Shown here piece after piece: positions 52,608 to 64,000 of a DNA stretch of 64,000 nucleotides. Location: assembly GCA_024137785.1 (NCBI GenBank), contig JAHRHZ010000263.1:43732721-43796720 (forward strand), read 5' to 3'. Position numbers and translations under genes: made by a program. Origin of the DNA: Ginglymostoma cirratum. Its lineage: Eukaryota. Position 1 is the first letter of the stretch, and every line of letters starts with the position of its first letter. The notes beneath the pieces were generated by a model that saw only the letters and a list, made by a program, of their open reading frames with translations, did no database searches and was not told the DNA's origin.

Positions 52608-52835
52608 TTAGAACAAAGGAAATAGGAGCAGGAGTAGGCTGTTTGCCCCTTCAAGCTTGCTCTTCCATTCAAATGATAGTGGCTGATTATCCAATTCAGT
52701 ACCCTTTCCCCTTTCTCCTTCTATCCTTAATTCCTTTAGTTCTGAGAATGATGTCTAATTACTTCTTGAAAACATTCAATGTTTTAATCTCAATTGCTTT
52801 CTGTGACAGAGAATTGTACAGGCTCACCACCCAAC
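52608..52835 (-). mobile_element. CR1 3' end
   Basis: AGGAAATAGGAGCAGGAGTAGGC...CCTTTAG...TTCTTGAAAACATTCAATGTTT. Confidence 0.7.
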
Positions 52836-53339
52836 ATTTATCTGTCTTGGAGGGGTAAAGGGAAAAGAAGTAATGCAAAATAAAAACAAAAGTATAACTC
52901 AAGAGAAGGGGGTTTCCAAATTTTCAGACAAATCCTGGACTTAAAAATAAAATGATTCTTAGCATCAAGGATGGGATGTTGTGGAGAAGAAAGAATGCCC
53001 CATCATTGACCGCAAGATGGACATTCTGTTAAAAGTTATGAAACTCTGCCATAAATGGAGGTAAGTTCAGTGATGTGAAACAGCAAGCAAAATTTTAGGA
53101 TTCACCTTCACAATGTGTGAACAGTGCACTTCTATTAGATGAAGCTATGAGTAAGTTATTTCGATTTGTAAGAAGAGATACTGAAGTTAAAAGTCAAGAT
53201 GTAATCTTAGTAAGGGAACAGTTGGAGTAGTGTGTGCAGCTTTGAGTCCACAATAGAAAGGATATTGAAACATTAGAGTGGGTTGACAGTGCAACTTCAT
53301 AGTGGTACAATTGCACAGAAAGACTACAAAAATTGTGGG

Positions 53340-53503
53340 ATAACAAGGTGTGGAGCTGACCCTTCATTGACCCTTCATCAGGGTCGAGGCCTGAAACGTC
53401 AAGCTTTCCTGCTCCTATGATGCTGCTTGGCCTGCTGTGTTCATCCAGCTCCACACCTTGTTATCTCGGATTCTCTAGCATCTGCAGTACCTATTATCTC
53501 TGA
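53340..53503 (+). mobile_element. Short PLE pLTR insertion with rudimentary inverted 5' arm
   Basis: 15-bp TSD TACAAAAATTGTGGG at 53325-53339 and 53504-53518; sits within an old CR1. Confidence 0.85.
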
Positions 53504-53891
53504 TACAAAAATTGTGGGTTTTTTTTTGTTCAAGCATCACATAAAGGTGTCTAATAGGATAGGGTACCTGGTAAATGAGGGGCTTCAATGAGGAAGTTAA
53601 AGTTTAATGTAAGAGATTTAGGCAGAGGGCAGGAGACATTTTAAGTACACCAGTGTTAGAAACTACACTTCCCAGAAGGTAGGGGCTAACTCTTAAGTTC
53701 CAGTGGGTGTCAGCCGACCACCTATCAGGAGCTGTCCAAAATATAACAGAGGGATGGTAGAAGTGAAGGATACTTCACCTGTCCTTGGGCCTACTGAGTT
53801 CCTCGAATGGTGAATTAATGGTCAGTTAAGGGTCTCATTCCATGTCTACCACTATTTTACCCTCTCACCCAAGCAGGTATCCCCTTAGATT

Positions 53892-53992
53892 TAGAGGTAA
53901 CAAGGCGTGGGGCTGGATGAACACAGCAGGCCAAGCAGCATCATAGGAGCAGGAAAACTTGACGTTTCGGGCCTAGACCTTTCATCAGAAAT
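53892..53992 (-). mobile_element. Solo PLE pLTR with hammerhead core
   Basis: Minus CUGAUGA-AAGGUCUAGGCCC-GAAAC-GUC at 53961-53988. Confidence 0.8.
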
Positions 53993-54244
53993 AGTTGTGT
54001 AGGTTGTCAGGGAAGAGAAGAGAGGGGAACAGATTTGCAACTCCTCTGGGAGGATTGGAGGCATTTCCCTGCAGGTTCACTCTCATTACCCCCCACACCC
54101 CTTCTCTTTATCCTCTTTGTTCGGCCTGTCATTTGACGCCCAACACCCCCTTGCTGGTTCCTGGTTCCTCTTTGTTGGGACTAGATGTAGACCATCACTC
54201 TCACTTGGTGTTGCTAGGACTATACAACCGCTGGCTAATCTGTA

Positions 54245-55140
54245 CAGAATCACAGAATTGTTACTGCCCTGAAGGAGGTCATTCAGTTCATCATATCTGC
54301 AACAGCTCTCTGATTGAGAAATTTACTCAGAGTGTGATTCTCCAGCCTTCTGTCCACAATACTCCACATTTTTCCTTTTCAGATAATTGTCAAATTATTT
54401 TTCGAATATTTCATTTGAAGTCGCAGGCACTGCATTCCAGACCTCGCTGCATGATAAGGTTTATTGGTGTACCACTTTGCTTCTTCTTGCCAAAAACTTT
54501 AAAACTGTGTCCCCTGATTCACAGGTGAAAATAGTTTCTCCTTATCTACTCTGTCCAGACCCATCATAATTTTGAATACTTAAATCAGATCTCCTCTTAG
54601 CCTTCTATTCTCCAAGGAAAACAGCCCTAATTTTTTCGATCTGTCTTCCTAGCTGAAGTTCTGCCCCGTGGATCGCTTCACGTGAATCCGTTCTGCACTC
54701 TCTTCAATGCCCTCAAATCCATCCTAAAGGGTGGTGCTCAGAACTGGATGCATTACTCCAACTGGGGCTGACCAAGTGTCCTATATAGAGTTCAACATAA
54801 TTTCATTGCTCTTATGCCCTGTGCTCCTATTAATAAAATTGAATAATTAAGATTTGAAACTTTAAGTCTGTTTCTCTCTCCACAGGTGCTGCTAGACCTG
54901 CTGATTTTCTCCAGCACTTTCTGTTTTTAGAACATAAGAACTAGGAGCAGGAGTAGGCCATCTGGCCCCTTGAGCCTGCCCCACCATTTAATAAGATCAT
55001 TGCTGATCTTTTTGAGACACAGCTCCACTTACCCGCCCGCTCACCATAACTCTTTTGTCCCGGTATAATGAATGCTTTATCAGCTGCACTCTCAATCTGT
55101 ATTACACACATATCCCTCTACTCCTGGGACCCTTTGAGTG
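54245..55140 (-). mobile_element. Cluster of CR1 3' fragments and an old PLE tail
   Basis: TACTCTGTCCAGACCC.TCATAATTTTGAATAC...CAGAACTGGATGCATTACTCCA; AGAACATAAGAACTAGGAGCAGGAGTAGGCCA at 54929. Confidence 0.75.
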
Positions 55141-55479
55141 TTAAAATGTACCTGAGATAGGAGCAGAACTCCTGTGATAGGGGAATTAACACAGCTCCCA
55201 CTGTTGAATTGCTGAGGTGCAGTTGTCAGTATGGTGGGCAGGCTCACTAATGACTTTTAGCTAGTTCGTTGGGGACCATGGTATTCTGTAAAATTCAGCT
55301 CATTGTGTTTGGGGCTAGTGAATGGACAACCACAGCTAATGAGAGAAGAAGACCACATTACCTTTTAATGGCTCTTATGATACAGTACAGTGTGTCTACA
55401 TCTGGCCAGAAGGTCTGGGTTCAGATCTCACCTGCCATTGAAAATGGGTCATAACATGTCTGAAAAGGTTGATTAAAAA

Positions 55480-56060
55480 TAACTTTAAAGATAGCTTGGA
55501 CAAGAAATAGACAAGAAATTGAACAAAAACAAGAAAAAATACTGATATGGAAATGTGAACGGTTTTGGTCTCCTTATCTAATGAAAGATATACTACTATT
55601 GCTGGCTGTCCAGAGAAGATTCACTAAGTGGGTCATGATACGGATGGATTTTCTGATGACGAGAGGTTGAGTAAGTTGGCCTGTATTCATTAAATGTAAA
55701 AGAATTTGAGGTGATCTCATGAAATATATATGATTGTTTGGGGACTTGGCAGTGTAGGTGAGCAATGGTCGCTTCCCCTTGTGGGAAAGTTTAGAACCAG
55801 AGGGCATAATCTCAGAATGAGGGGTTGTCCATTAAAGGAAGAGATGATGAGGAATTTCTTCCCAAAGAGTAATGAATTTGTGGAATTCTTCACTGCAGAC
55901 AGCTGTCAAGGCTGGATCATTAAGATAGCAAAGGCTGAAATAGGTCAGTAAGGAAATCAAGAGTTATGGGGAAAAGGCAGGATAGCGGACTCGTCGGTTT
56001 TTAGGTCAGCCATGATCTCATTAAAAGATCTACTTATACTCCTATGTTCTATGGTCTCTT
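55480..56060 (+). mobile_element. CR1 3' fragment
   Basis: GTCCAGAGAAGATTCACTA...GAGGTGATCTCATGAAA...RTRGHNLRMRG. Confidence 0.8.
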
Positions 56061-56369
56061 ATAGAGATTAGAATTTATTATGTATGGGATAATCCCACAT
56101 TGTCAATTACATTCTCAAACTTGCCTTACAGTTCATAAAAATAGAAAGTGTCACTTTCATTACAATTACCGATTAAATGAGAGTCAAAAGCAAACATAAA
56201 TATTTCTAAAGAGCAAAACGATTAAATAAAAATAAAAGAAATTTATGAGATTAAGTTATGATATGCAATTCTATTATACAGTACAGCATGTTGTATTAAA
56301 ATTTAGGTTTTATAAAGCTTAATTTGGTGGAAAGAGCTGAAGGGTTGTTAGTGATGGTAGGTGCCTATT

Positions 56370-56860
56370 TTCTATTCTGCGATTGGCGAATATTAATATT
56401 TTGTCTCATTAGTCCCTGCTTTCTGTACTTTGATTGGAGAATATTGATTGGAGAATACCAATCTTGTATCTGATTGGTCCTTACCTCTTTACAGTGATTG
56501 GTGATTATTGACAACTTACTTCTGATTGGTTCCTGTTTCCAGTACTGCAATTGGGGAATATTGATACCTTGCCTGTGACTGGTCTTTGCCTTCTATACCA
56601 TGATTGGAGATTATTGATTTCTTATCTCTGATTGGTTCACATTCTCAGTTGAAGAATATTGATAACTTGTCATTAGTTCCAACCGTCTGTATTATGATTA
56701 GAGAATTTTGATATCTTGTCTCTGATTGATTCCTAGCCTCTATACAGTGAGTGGAGAACACTGGTATGTGTCTCCTGTGCTGTTTTCTGTACCATGATTG
56801 GTGAATATTGATTTCTCATCTTGATTGGTCCCTTCCCACCATACTGCAATTGGTAACACT
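56370..56860 (+). repeat. Degenerate 52-53 bp minisatellite with two inverted CCAAT boxes per unit
   Basis: Unit approx CTGTACxxTGATTGGAGAATATTGATATCTTGTCTCTGATTGGTCCCTGCCT. First box at 56382, 56433/56447, 56497, 56550, 56603, 56797, 56849; second at 56473, 56525, 56631, 56824. About 9 units. Confidence 0.8.
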
Positions 56861-57149
56861 TCTGGAGTTAGTTTTTACCTGATTGGCCAAATGCTGTTGG
56901 ATCATCGGCAGCGATTAGTTAAATCGGCCAGAAGGCTGTTAAATTACGTTTTTCATTGGTCAGCCTGGAGATTGATGACTTTGTTCGAAGGCAGTTCCTA
57001 TTGGCCTGGTTAGAAACTGAGGAGAAATACACCTGGTGATGGTTATCACTAGAATTAAATCTACCTTTGAGATGGGCACGGTCCGCAATCGGAGTCCGTG
57101 ACAGTCACCACTCTCAAATACCCACGAGGATTGATTGAACGTCAAGGTC

Positions 57150-57470
57150 ATTTTGATTGGCGGAGACTAGAACCTCTGCGATCTGATTGATCAGTAATAG
57201 GATTCCTGCAAGTGATTGGAGCAACAAAAAATCCCATTCGCTCTGTGATAGGCGGAGGCCGAGCTACGCTACGCCGTAATTCCCCAAGGTTACTGAGATC
57301 TGATTGGTAGAGACGGAGCAGACCCTCGTTGTGATTGGCGGAGACCGAGCAGCTCCCAGCGCTCTAATTGGTGGAAATGGAGCATCCCCGCCCTCTGATT
57401 GGTGGAGCTACAGAGGCGCCGCGTGGTGATTGGTAAACACGCTGTGGCCCCGCGTTCTGATTGGTGGGTT
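57150..57470 (+). promoter_or_regulatory. RP2 proximal promoter: ladder of inverted CCAAT (NF-Y) boxes in a CpG-rich region
   Basis: ATTGG at 57303, 57334, 57367, 57398, 57429, 57460 (spacing 31,33,31,31,31), plus 57156 and 57215. CCCCGCCC GC box near 57386. Confidence 0.8.
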
Positions 57471-57546
57471 TGGTCGGCAGGGCGAGGGGAAGCGGTTGTC
57501 AGGGGCCGGGACCGAGGGACAGCGAGTGTCGGAGGTACAGGGCAAG

Positions 57547-57666
57547 ATGGGTTGCCTGTTTTCCCGGAAATCTAAGGAGAAAGACCAAGAGAAGAAGAAG
57601 AAAAAGAAGAAGGAACCTGATGCCGAGGAGGAGCCCAAGCAATACAGCTGGGACCAGCGGGAGAAG
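57547..57666 (+). CDS. RP2: Retinitis pigmentosa 2 protein (XRP2, ARL3 GAP), coding exon 1 (partial gene)
   Basis: MGCLFSRKSKEKDQEKKKKKKKEPDAEEEPKQYSWDQREK matches the RP2 N-terminus (MGCxFS acylation motif, PKQYSWDQREK). Kozak GCAAGATGG, phase-0 donor AAG|GTGAGT at 57666/57667. Confidence 0.96.
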
Positions 57667-57678
57667 GTGAGTCTCTGT

Positions 57679-57707
57679 GGGGAGCGAGGGTTAGGGTTAG
57701 GGTTAGG
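57679..57707 (+). repeat. Short telomere-like (TTAGGG) tract / G-run cluster just inside RP2 intron 1
   Basis: GGGGAGCGAGGGTTAGGGTTAGGGTTAGG, 12 nt after the start of the intron. Confidence 0.8.
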
Positions 57708-58737
57708 ACCGAGTCCAATGGATGCAGCCACACCGAACCTGACTGGTCAACCGAGGCTCCAAACCCATCTCAACATACTCCGATCCCGGCCCCCTCCCTC
57801 AATAGCCCCTTGTTTCTCCCTCTACTCCGACCCCCAACAACAACCCTCACCCGAATCCTGCCCCACATCCGCCGCGATTAACTCTTCATCTCCTGTTTGC
57901 TGCCCCTACTCCTTTTACCCTGCCCCCACCCGCTTTTCCTTAGCCCCGCCTCTCTTTCCCCTTCCCCTGTCGATGTTGAGCAATGAAGCCACTGTCAACA
58001 AACTGCAGGAGGAATACATACTCAATTTAGACTAAAGCAGGAGACTAATTAAATGTTATGCTTGTATACGTGTAACCACGTAGATATGAGGTATAGTAGA
58101 ACAACCTAATAATGTGTATTTAGGCAATGTCTTGAATATTTTTGGAAAAAAATACTTCAGTTGATATTTGCTTCATAATGATCCGTTCTAGCTCACAGTC
58201 TTGTCCGTTTACTGAGTAATTCTAACGCCAGTTTTTCATGATTTAAAAAACGACTTAGGATTCCACTTGTGAAGATGGTGTCATGGCTTTTTTTGTAAAG
58301 ATTTGTGGCTGAAGTGGTTGTTTTCTGTGGCAATGGGTCATATTTGTAGACTTCCATAATGTAGAGCAAGATTTCTAGTACAAGCGGTCTGAGTTGCATT
58401 TCCCTCCTGCCATGTAACCTTTTTAAACTTTTTTTCCCAATTACATTGTACTCTGGCTGACAAAAGGGAAACTGTTATGGCATTAACAAGATCTGAACTT
58501 GCATTGGGTTGAGTTTTTTTTTTGTCCTGCCCTCCTGCAATATTCTGTGCTGAAGGTGGTTTGAGGTCTCTTTGCTATATCTCTCCTACAAAATTATGTG
58601 GAAAAGCAACGTGCAATTTTGATAATTGTACTCTTGATCATTATAACTTGACTGGGGACACTTGCAGTTACAGAGGTCTTTTATTCTGTGATGTGTGGTG
58701 AATTGTAGTTTGTGCAGTATAGCAATACATCTCAATC

Positions 58738-58830
58738 TGAGATAAAAGGTACTGCAGATGCTGGAGAATCCGAGATAACAAGCATGGAGCTGGATGAACA
58801 CAGCAGGTCAAGCAGCATCATAGGAGCAGT
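58738..58830 (-). mobile_element. PLE pLTR terminal fragment
   Basis: Near-identical to 44509-44600. Confidence 0.8.
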
Positions 58831-59369
58831 GTAGATCAGAATGTGTGCCCACTCCTTGAGACTTTCCATTAGGGCAGATGACCAAAAGCTTTGTCAAAGA
58901 GACAGAGGTTGGCCTGCTGAGTATTTTAAGCAACTTTTGTTTCTGTTTCAGATTTCCACCATCAACAATTTTGCTTGAGTTGGCTATCTAGTTTCAGTGA
59001 AGTAGAATCTGGCATCTTTACTGTAAGCATGCTGTCAGAAGTCAAGAATCTACTCCCCATTTTAAGGGCAGTGCACTCATCTGGGCAATAGTTTGATGTT
59101 TGATTAGAAACTATTGATACTGATGTTCATAATGATAATTTTGAGGTTTCCTTCACTTCAGGTGTGGTAACTCAAACAGTTTTCTTTCCACATAGTTTTC
59201 TAACGTCCTCTCCTGTAAACAATGATTACTGTGAGCTGGCCTCTCATCAGCTCATCGTGTTTAACTGTGCACACTATTTTTTGAGTCTGGGTGATTGAGT
59301 GACAACCGTTTGCCAGTGGAGATCTTCACAGAAATCGGAACCCTATTCTCATCTGAAATCTTACTATTT

Positions 59370-59920
59370 GTGTTTACTCAGCAATAACCTGCTCACTTCG
59401 GCTCAATTTGAATTCCATCAGGACCACTTACCTCCAAGCCTCATCGTGCCTTGGAGTAAATGTGGTCAAGAGAGAAGAATTCCTGAATTGAGAGTAACTG
59501 CCCTGATATCAATGCGGCATTTGACAATTTGACATGGAGCCCTACCATGGGAATCAAGGGGAGGGGAGAGTTTCTCCACAGGTTGATTTCATATGAGCAC
59601 AAAGAGAGATGGCTGTGGTTGACGGACGCCCATTTTCTCAGTGCCAGGACATTGCTGCAAGACATCCTCAGAATATTTCTCTAGGTCTAATCATTTTCAG
59701 TTGCATCATTAATGACATTCCCTCTATCATATGGTCATTATAATGTAATTAGATAGTGTAATGACATTCAATAGTGGCTGAATTTCCCATCCTGGTGGGG
59801 GATTACCAGGAACTGAATTGAACCAGCCATATCAAGACTGTGGTTACCAGAACAGGCTCTGAAGTCTTTGTGACTCACCATCTGACTTCCCAAAACCCCT
59901 GTCTATATTTATAAGGTTAA
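59370..59920 (+). mobile_element. Decayed CR1-like LINE RT fragment
   Basis: LLSNNLLTSAQFEFHQDH...RVTALI, homologous to 30250-30400. Confidence 0.75.
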
Positions 59921-61269
59921 AAACAAAACAATTTGTGGTGTTTTGTTTGTATGTAATTTAATAGTTTGAATATTAGATTTTAGTAATTTTTCACTTCTAA
60001 AACAAGTGTTAACCAACGAATGAAGTGAAACATGTTTAATGGAGTTGTTCATCATGTCACTTTTTTTTTAAGAAAATTTTTTCACTTCAAGCGCCAGTAT
60101 TTAGTTTTGGACCGTGATCAGATATTTGCCTCAAGTAAAGTAGTTCATTGCCATACGAGCTTGTTCAATATTTCTTGCTCGCTTTCTTATCCTGGTTCCT
60201 GTAATCTGCAACCAAGGCTAAACTGTTAATCTGCTATCTGTCAAAATATAAAGCCTTTGGAATGAGTTATTGATGGTTTGTTTATTTGCCACAAAAAAAA
60301 TTGCCTATAAAAATGCCTTGCTAACTGTTAAAATTTTAAGTCTTCAACTGACGGTTGTTGTATCTGTTTTCTTTTGCCTCTAAATGACAAAAGGACTTAT
60401 AAATGTATTCAATTTGATACAAATGACAGCTGATGTCACTGAAGGATGTGTTAGCTCAGCAATGATTTTGTTGGTCTCCAGGGAATCTTAGGTGTTGTGC
60501 CCCTTCTGTAGAATTAATTGGGAAGGCAATTTGATAGATGGAGCATGTGTAAATATTTAATTGAAGAGCTTGTGTATTTCACAATCTTGGCTACCGTGCC
60601 CCACCCAAGACTTTTTTTTTTGACAACCATAACTGAGCCAGGTTATGTATTGCTGGAAACTTAAATATACTTCTGTGCAACTTAGTGTGATGTATTATCT
60701 ACAGTTTGTTTGAAAATCATTTCATGTCCAAGACTGATGTGTTGTAGCCTTGCCTAGACTCTTCTGTTATGGTGCACTTCACATTCTTTCAGTCGTCTCT
60801 TTGGTCTGCAGTTTAACGATCTTGATGTCAACTCATGATTAATGTTTTCCCCACTCTTGCATTCTGTACAATGATCTTGGCTTTTTTTTTTAAACAAGTA
60901 TTGAAGTGAATTAAATTTCAAAGACCCTAACCACAAATGTCCCCAAAACTTGCAAAATGATTATCCGTTTAGAATTTTGCTCTATAGCTAGAATATACTT
61001 AATCTGAGTTTTCTGAAATGAATTCTGATTAATCCCCTAGGTTCGTATGATAGGTTAGCTTCGATGCCCACAAAGTTACCCTTATGTTTAAAAATTAGTC
61101 TTGGGCTCAATGTTTTTCCCTTTTTCAAATTTGATCTAAAAATTCAGTCGTATTTTGGTTACTGCTACTGAGGGGTACGTAACTCTGAGGTATTAATTCA
61201 TCATATCATATTACACAATATTACAGGTAATATACATTGCTCATTGGTTAATTTCTTAGATTATGAGAA

Positions 61270-61750
61270 TTTTGGAACTATATCCAAGACTTTTAATAAA
61301 ATTCTCATCTTAGCTAATGCTAATTCTATTCTTCTAGTTTATATGTAGATTGAAGCCATCCATGATTATAACCCTGTGTTACACGTACCTTGTATATCTT
61401 ATTGTATAGCCTGTCCCACATTGTTGGTACTGTTAGGGGGCCTGTAGACCACTAACCCCAATCCTTCTATTCTTCGTCTCTACCCAAACTGATTCTACAT
61501 CCTAATCTCCTGAATGAGGTCTTCTTTAACTGTTGCACAGATGGAATAATTGTTCTTGATTAACAGCAATATCCCTGCACCTTTACTTAGCTTCCTATTT
61601 TTCTTTAGTGTCATATGCCCCTCAATATTCAGGACCCAATCTAAGTCAACCTAAAGCCAGAGCTGTCAGATTGTATTTATTAACTTCAATGTGTGCTATC
61701 AATTTTTTTACATTATAGATGCTACATACATTCAAATACGGAACCTTTAC
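61270..61750 (-). mobile_element. Old CR1 5'/endonuclease fragment
   Basis: TGTTAGGGGGCCTGTAGACCACT..CCC...AACTGATTCTACATC...CCCTCAATATTCAG, reverse of the CR1 APE region. Confidence 0.55.
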
Positions 61751-63099
61751 TTATGTCTTGTTTGTCACCTTTGTAACATGAAGTCTTGATTGGTGTATTC
61801 CTAGAATTTTTCTCTGTTCCTTCCTGCTGTTTTCGAACCATCATTATTTCAGATCCTTGATTTTAAAAAAAACCTTTTCCTCCCAATTTTACAAATTAGG
61901 AATGAAGTATGGAAAGCTTACTATGTATTTAAAATGCAGGAAGATCTATTTTCAGTGTGAAATCTTTCTTAAGCATGTAGTTCCAAGGGTAAGATATTTA
62001 AATATGTTCTGATTTATCCTTGGTGGAATACAGTATTGTGTGAAAGCTCTATTTCTAGGGTGTTACCTTGACGTTTGACCATTATTGTCGTATGATTAAA
62101 GTAAGCTACTCCAGCAATAAAGGTGCCTGTGTGATAGTTACAGATTCAGGGTCAGTCTCTGGTGGAGGCTTGCTTCTGGTATTCAATAGCAAGGATGTTA
62201 ACATAATTCCTATTTTGGGCATTCATTGTATGCATCAGATATACAGGAATTATGTTTAGCACAACCCATTTCCTCGAATCTGCCCCAGTCAAGTGTTTTA
62301 GCCCAAACTGTCTGAACTACCAAGTTCAATTAGTGCAACATTTCTATTTCCGTTGTGATACCTGCTTTGATTCCTCAGTCTGAGATTCCTGTGATTTTTA
62401 TTTTTAACATATAAAGTGGTTACGGTGGTGTACAGTCAGTTAGCACAGTTTCTCCTCTAGTCCTAGTCATGGATTTGAAGTGCAATTCAAAGGAAAAAAG
62501 ATACATTTCTCTTTCTTATGATTAAATATGCCCCCCCAAAAATAGGTAGCCAGTTTTAAGTCGTCTGCTGGTGGATGATGTGCAGGTTTTAAAAAAAACT
62601 TAAGTCTGTAATGGAAAATTATTTTGCTTGTGATTTGAGTTTACTGTCATTGCTACAAGTTTCGATGGAACTGATCTAGGAAGAATATCATGTGGGCATC
62701 AGTGGCCTCATTTATGCTGTGTAATGAATTCATAATCTTTTAGTTTTAATGAGGAAAATTGATTCTACACAATACCTCTCCAGATCACCCTTTTTAAGTG
62801 TTTGATTAGAGTTACCTTTTTAAAGCAGTGCTTGATAATTTAAATTTGCTCCTTTTCATGGTTTCAACTGTGAATGCAAAGTCAATTCTGATTCTTCCTC
62901 CTCCTGCCACACACTCTGGTGAGCCTCTTTGTTCTTCTTTCTCCTCCTTTCTCTCTGGTATCCCTAAAGAAATACATACAACATGGCAGCCATTACATAA
63001 AATGACTGCACAATGGCATAGTTTAGGATCTGCCAGTAAAACCACATGACATGTGGGAATGACAGGAAGCTATGAAAATGTGGAAGGATGGCTGTTCTC

Positions 63100-64000
63100 A
63101 TTAATGATGCTATATATTAGCACAATAGATTGGCATGATCTAAGTTCAAAAAAAAATTGTGTTCAAATGGTTTAGGTAGAGATGAGAAATGATAAATGCA
63201 AGAAATGATGTGTGGGAATGATGTGTAAGTCTCCATGTGGTAGCCAAGTGCTGGAATGGAGTATGAAGAATATTATGAGCTTGACAGAAAGGTAAGGTGA
63301 TAATCATAGGATATTTTAATTTGTCCATAGACTGGAAAAGTCAGATGGACAAAGGTAGCCTAGAAGAAGTCAGATTGAATGTTTTCATTGTTTTTTTTAG
63401 ACTATGTTTAGGAGCCAGTCAGAGAACAGGCAATACTAGACCTTGTATTGTACAATGAGCCAGGATTAGTTAATGACCTCAGAGTGAAGGCATCCCTAGG
63501 TAGCAGCAATCAACACGTGGTTGAACTTTACAATCAATTGAGGTACAAGATTAGTATTTTAAACTTAAGACACCGTAATTGTTCAAATTTAAAAACAGAG
63601 CCAGCCAATGTGAACCAGCAAACCAATTTGTGAGAGGTCAATAGAGATGCAGTGGCAGACATTTAAGTGGAGTTTTCAGAATCAATCATTACAATGAGGA
63701 AGAAAAATCCAAGGGGTGGACTGCATTCATCTTTAACTCAAGATTTAAAGAAAAAGTATATGATTGCATGGCTGATAGGTCAGGAGATTGGACAGAGTAT
63801 AGTAAATATCAGAACGATGAAACGATTACTAAGGGGGAATCTTTAATATGAGAAAGCTAGCTATAAATTTAAAAACATATGAAAGTTTCTGTAGATATTT
63901 TAAAGAATTAATAAAGTAGCGTTGGTCATGTGGAAAGTGAGTATGGAAAATAAGAAGATGGCAGGTGAATTGAAAAGGTATTTTGCATCAGCCTTTATTA
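63100..64000 (+). mobile_element. Old CR1 ORF2 fragment (endonuclease to linker)
   Basis: ATCATAGGATATTTTAAT (IMGDFN-like), GAGCCAGTCAGAGAACAGGCAATACTAGACCTTGTATTG (EP.REQAILDLVL), CTAGGTAGCAGCAATCA (LG.SDH-like). Confidence 0.75.

Larger units (their letters stand above)
57667..64000 (+). other. RP2: RP2 intron 1 (exon 2 beyond window)
   Basis: Follows the GTGAGT donor. No VDPKDY.../TBCC-domain coding segment seen downstream. Confidence 0.75.

Noticed and set aside
56370-57470. CRISPR-like repeat-spacer interpretation of the periodic GATTGG array
   Set aside because: The constant part is only 5-8 bp, spacers are related to each other, the context is a vertebrate promoter and there are no cas genes.
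57687-57707. Interstitial telomere marking a chromosome fusion
   Set aside because: Only about three units with no head-to-head inversion; too short to support that claim.
57430-58035. 201-aa ORF containing the RP2 start
   Set aside because: Non-ATG upstream start and read-through past a canonical donor into intron. Myristoylation requires the MGC start at 57547.

Overview
Eukaryotic, repeat-rich vertebrate DNA. The repeat families (HE1 V-SINE, SacSINE1-type DeuSINE, CR1/HER1-type LINEs, Neptune-type Penelope elements) point to a shark, probably a carpet shark; this is inference. Two coding first exons are clear and lie head-to-head about 10.4 kb apart: SLC9A7/NHE7 exon 1 on the minus strand (47153-46844) and RP2 exon 1 on the plus strand (57547-57666). 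This is the same neighbour pair as in mammals. Everything left of 46844 appears to be SLC9A7 intron 1 (no exon 2 recognised), and everything right of 57666 is RP2 intron 1. The rest is mostly decayed CR1, L2 and CR1-like LINEs, SINEs and Penelope-like elements (PLEs), often nested, plus three N gaps. The most unusual signals are: (1) a same-orientation array of about 23 CCAAT boxes upstream of RP2, built from a 52-53 bp two-box minisatellite that grades into a strict 31-33 bp ladder; (2) short, TSD-flanked, often palindromic PLE-derived elements carrying minimal hammerhead ribozyme cores, several sense to the SLC9A7 pre-mRNA; (3) a candidate recursive splice site with a poison RS-exon in SLC9A7 intron 1; (4) a heavily decayed espin-like ankyrin-repeat pseudogene in that intron. 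Repeat boundaries were read by eye and are approximate. No database search was run.
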